From a virus, in the IMG/VR virus record IMGVR_UViG_3300033463_000089, positions 1 through 64,000 of that record: 64,000 nt of DNA; one strand, written 5' to 3'. Position numbers and translations under genes: made by a program. The notes beneath the pieces were generated by a model, which worked only from the letters and a program-made list of their open reading frames with translations, had not been told where the DNA came from and did no database searches. Shown in pieces: positions 61,931-64,000 of this stretch. Position 1 is the first letter of the stretch, and the number at the start of each line of letters is the position of its first letter.

Positions 61931-62370
61931 TGGCACGATTCTCACCTTCCGACCCAAGGGACTATTTGGAAATCCTTGACTTCTTGAACAAGGCCAAGGA
62001 GCAAGGCTTTGACGTGGAACTAAAGAAGTTCTATAAGAAACGCTCTAACCCTCAGAACAGGTATCTTTATCTGGCCTTGGGTTACTTTGCACATTGCTAC
62101 GGCTGCTCTTTGGTTGAGGCGAAAGAAATCTACCTAAAGAAGTACGCCTGCCGCGACATCTTTGAGGTTGTAACGACCGACAAGAACGGACGCGAGGTGA
62201 ACTACTATCGCTCTACCGCAGATCTCAACACCGTAGAAATGTCAAATGCTATCAGCAATTTCGTCGCCTACGCTTCCTGTAACGGGATTGAGATACCTGC
62301 GCCGGACGATGAATTAGGAATAAGATATTGTGAACGACAAATCGAAAAGACATCAGTATATGGAACTTAA
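61930..62370 (+). CDS. ninB: NinB/Orf-family recombination mediator
   Basis: 146 aa. KKRSNPQNRYLYLALGYFA aligns with lambda NinB RSLDQNRKLWACLGDVS. A later STADLNTVEMSNAISNFVAYASCNGIEIP aligns with NinB TSRMRVGEFAELLELIQAFGTERGV. Confidence 0.6.
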   Translation: MARFSPSDPRDYLEILDFLNKAKEQGFDVELKKFYKKRSNPQNRYLYLALGYFAHCYGCSLVEAKEIYLKKYACRDIFEVVTTDKNGREVNYYRSTADLNTVEMSNAISNFVAYASCNGIEIPAPDDELGIRYCERQIEKTSVYGT

Positions 62371-62716
62371 TGGAGTTATTATCGCTGTACTACCTGCTAA
62401 GTCGGGGGTATCAGCACGAACAGGAAAACCTTGGTTTACACAAGAGTATGTAATCGAGACATCTGGACAACACCCTAAGAAGTGTTGCTTTGAAGTCTTT
62501 GGTGAGGATAGAATCAAACAATTCAATCTTCAACAAGGGCAGACGGTATCAATTCAGATTGACATTGATGCCAGCGAGTATCAGGGGCGTTGGTATAACA
62601 GCATAAAGTGCTACAACGTGACGCACACCGACCTCTTCGGTCAGCAGCCTGCACCCGAACCTCAGCCTGTCGTGCAAGAGGTTAATGAAGCTGGCACCGA
62701 CGATTTGCCCTTCTGA
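62360..62716 (+). CDS. DUF3127-type OB-fold protein with SSB-like acidic C-terminal tip
   Basis: Trimmed to MELNGVIIAVLPAKSGVSARTGKPWFTQEYVIET (ATG 62360). The pattern fits DUF3127 of Bacteroidota. The C-terminus ...TDDLPF mimics the SSB DDDIPF tail. Confidence 0.65.
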   Translation: MELNGVIIAVLPAKSGVSARTGKPWFTQEYVIETSGQHPKKCCFEVFGEDRIKQFNLQQGQTVSIQIDIDASEYQGRWYNSIKCYNVTHTDLFGQQPAPEPQPVVQEVNEAGTDDLPF

Positions 62717-62719
62717 TGT

Positions 62720-62914
62720 ATGGCTAAAAAGAAACCTATCATCCTGCATATATGTGGAGAGTGCGCAAACGTGACACCAGTAACTGACAAGTTCCATCTT
62801 CTCAGTATAAAAGGAGAACCTACACTTGGTACTTGTCCTTATTGGAAAGAGTCACGCTGCGTACTCCTTAGCTGGAAATCTGAATGTAAACATTACAAAC
62901 CGAAACGTCTATGA
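62720..62914 (+). CDS. Small zinc-ribbon-like protein
   Basis: 64 aa, with CGEC...C...C....C. ATGA overlap with the next gene. Confidence 0.5.
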   Translation: MAKKKPIILHICGECANVTPVTDKFHLLSIKGEPTLGTCPYWKESRCVLLSWKSECKHYKPKRL

Positions 62915-63402
62915 CAAAAGAAGAAATAAATTTGGCTTTTGAAAACCGCTGGCGAATCAAGGGTAAGTTCGGACAGATGAACCAAAACTCTGCCACCATG
63001 TCCTTCGACGAGTTCTTTGAATACATCAAAGGCTTGTGTAAGGACTTCTTTGAGACCGGCATACTCCTCGCCGAAAAAGCCTCTCCTTCTGGTCAAGAGA
63101 ATCCGACAATAGAGGTGGTATGTCACGACTTCGACTACTGGTGGGGCCTCTACGACCTAAAGGTGGGCAAAGAGAATTGTCAGAAGAAATGGGCTAAGAT
63201 GTCTGTTAAAGACCGTGAAGCCTGCATCGCCGGCACACCTGCCTACGTCTCAGCCACCCCAAATAAACAATTTCGTAAACGCCCTCTCACCTTCCTTAAT
63301 CAGAAAGCGTGGAAGGATGAGATAATACCACAGAACAATGGAACAAAGATTGCCTTCGACGAGCAACGTCTCAACAAACTCGCTGACATACTCACAGACT
63401 AA
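62911..63402 (+). CDS. Hypothetical protein (replication-accessory-like FxxWWxxYxxKxGK...W motif)
   Basis: 163 aa. FDYWWGLYDLKVGKENCQKKWAKM...RPLTFLNQKAWKDE resembles a motif seen in phage replication-organiser-type proteins. The call is weak. Confidence 0.45.
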   Translation: MTKEEINLAFENRWRIKGKFGQMNQNSATMSFDEFFEYIKGLCKDFFETGILLAEKASPSGQENPTIEVVCHDFDYWWGLYDLKVGKENCQKKWAKMSVKDREACIAGTPAYVSATPNKQFRKRPLTFLNQKAWKDEIIPQNNGTKIAFDEQRLNKLADILTD

Positions 63403-63982
63403 CCTGCCTCAGTCCTCTCTTTTGAGTGCTGACAAGATAGCTTCTGCCATAGCACGCTTCGGTGAGGACTACCGCCCGTTAGTTTTTGAGCGGTACAAGA
63501 AAGGTGGCGGTATTCAGCAGGCGGTAAGAGATAAAGCACCCACGTTCAGAGACATTACAAACTTCTTCACGGAAGAGGCTACCGCTTTCTGGCTACGTTT
63601 CCATATTGCCGAGACCTTTGCTTTCCTTGGTATCTACGACACAGCATCCAAGTACCAGGTACAGCAGACGGCCGATCTGATTCTTACTCACGAAATCTAC
63701 GGTCAGCTAACACTCTCGGAGTTCCTTTGCTTCTTGACGAGGTTCAAACGCGGAGATTATGGGAAGATATATCAATCCTCCCGGCCAAACCCGCAGGAGT
63801 TCTTAGCCTGCCTGCAGCCGTTCTGGAATGAACTATCTCGGGAACGAATCAGACGCGAGGAATCAGAGCGCGTGGAAAAGCTATCAAAGAACGCTCACGA
63901 TTCAGAAGCTATGTCCCGTGAAGAATGGATAGAGATTAAGACAATAACTGCAATGTATAACTCAGAATACACGGTAAGATGA
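63338..63982 (+). CDS. Hypothetical protein
   Basis: 214-aa track ORF overlapping the previous gene by 65 nt. A TTG at 63422 (20 nt after the previous stop) is an alternative start. Confidence 0.5.
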   Translation: MEQRLPSTSNVSTNSLTYSQTNLPQSSLLSADKIASAIARFGEDYRPLVFERYKKGGGIQQAVRDKAPTFRDITNFFTEEATAFWLRFHIAETFAFLGIYDTASKYQVQQTADLILTHEIYGQLTLSEFLCFLTRFKRGDYGKIYQSSRPNPQEFLACLQPFWNELSRERIRREESERVEKLSKNAHDSEAMSREEWIEIKTITAMYNSEYTVR

Positions 63983-64000
63983 AAACAAAAGGACATACAG

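Larger units (their letters stand above)
1..64000. mobile_element. Temperate phage / prophage genome segment, Bacteroidota-type host
   Basis: Terminase, portal-like, capsid module, fibres, integrase, CI-like repressor, antirepressor and RecT/NinB/NinG genes. TAnnTTTG promoter boxes in most intergenic regions. Phage genes run off both window ends. Confidence 0.85.

Overview
The whole 64-kb window is phage DNA, either a temperate phage genome or a prophage. I see no cellular housekeeping genes. The host is probably Bacteroidota. Supporting signs are TAnnTTTG (-7 box) promoter motifs in most intergenic regions, a Bacteroides-type tyrosine integrase, a DUF3127 SSB-like gene, a PcfK/PcfJ pair and a DUF1566/FISUMP-like fibre tip.

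Layout:
- 1-6.75 kb, minus strand: head and fibre operon (scaffold-like, putative capsid, small virion proteins, two fibres).
- 6.9-17.9 kb, plus strand: putative portal, a 1,352-aa Ig-like-repeat protein, tandem paralogs and an 842-aa virion protein.
- 18.1-21.4 kb: small regulator, membrane and Cys-rich proteins.
- 21.5-37.6 kb: one uninterrupted 16-kb ORF (5,353 aa). It fuses an SF2 helicase, an N6-adenine-type methyltransferase, a kinase-like fold, an HExxH peptidase motif and a Gly-rich hydrophobic region. It resembles the DarB-like 'polyvalent' proteins.
- 37.6-43.3 kb, minus strand: packaging operon with large terminase, an embedded rhomboid protease and an HTH protein.
- 43.9-45.1 kb: AT-rich moron island plus an XRE regulator.
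- 45.3-50.3 kb: early small genes.
- 50.5-51.6 kb: integrase with repeat-rich flanks.
- 52.6-55.4 kb: immunity region (CI-like repressor, antirepressor, Xis-like HTH).
- 55.4-55.9 kb: ORF-free structured region with a tRNA-like module.
- 56-64 kb: recombination and replication genes (NinG, Rad50/SbcC-like ATPase, RecT, MBL-fold, NinB, SSB-like).

Most interesting observations:
- The giant polyvalent ORF.
- A 145-codon +1-frame ORF overprinted on its GC-rich low-complexity linker.
- A 16-nt element placed exactly 18 nt upstream of the -7 box at all four virion or packaging operons.
- A phage rhomboid protease.
- Several candidate structured RNAs.

I recognised no tape-measure, tail-tube, sheath or endolysin gene. 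All functional calls come from motif recognition by eye and from gene context. No database search was run, so they are hypotheses.
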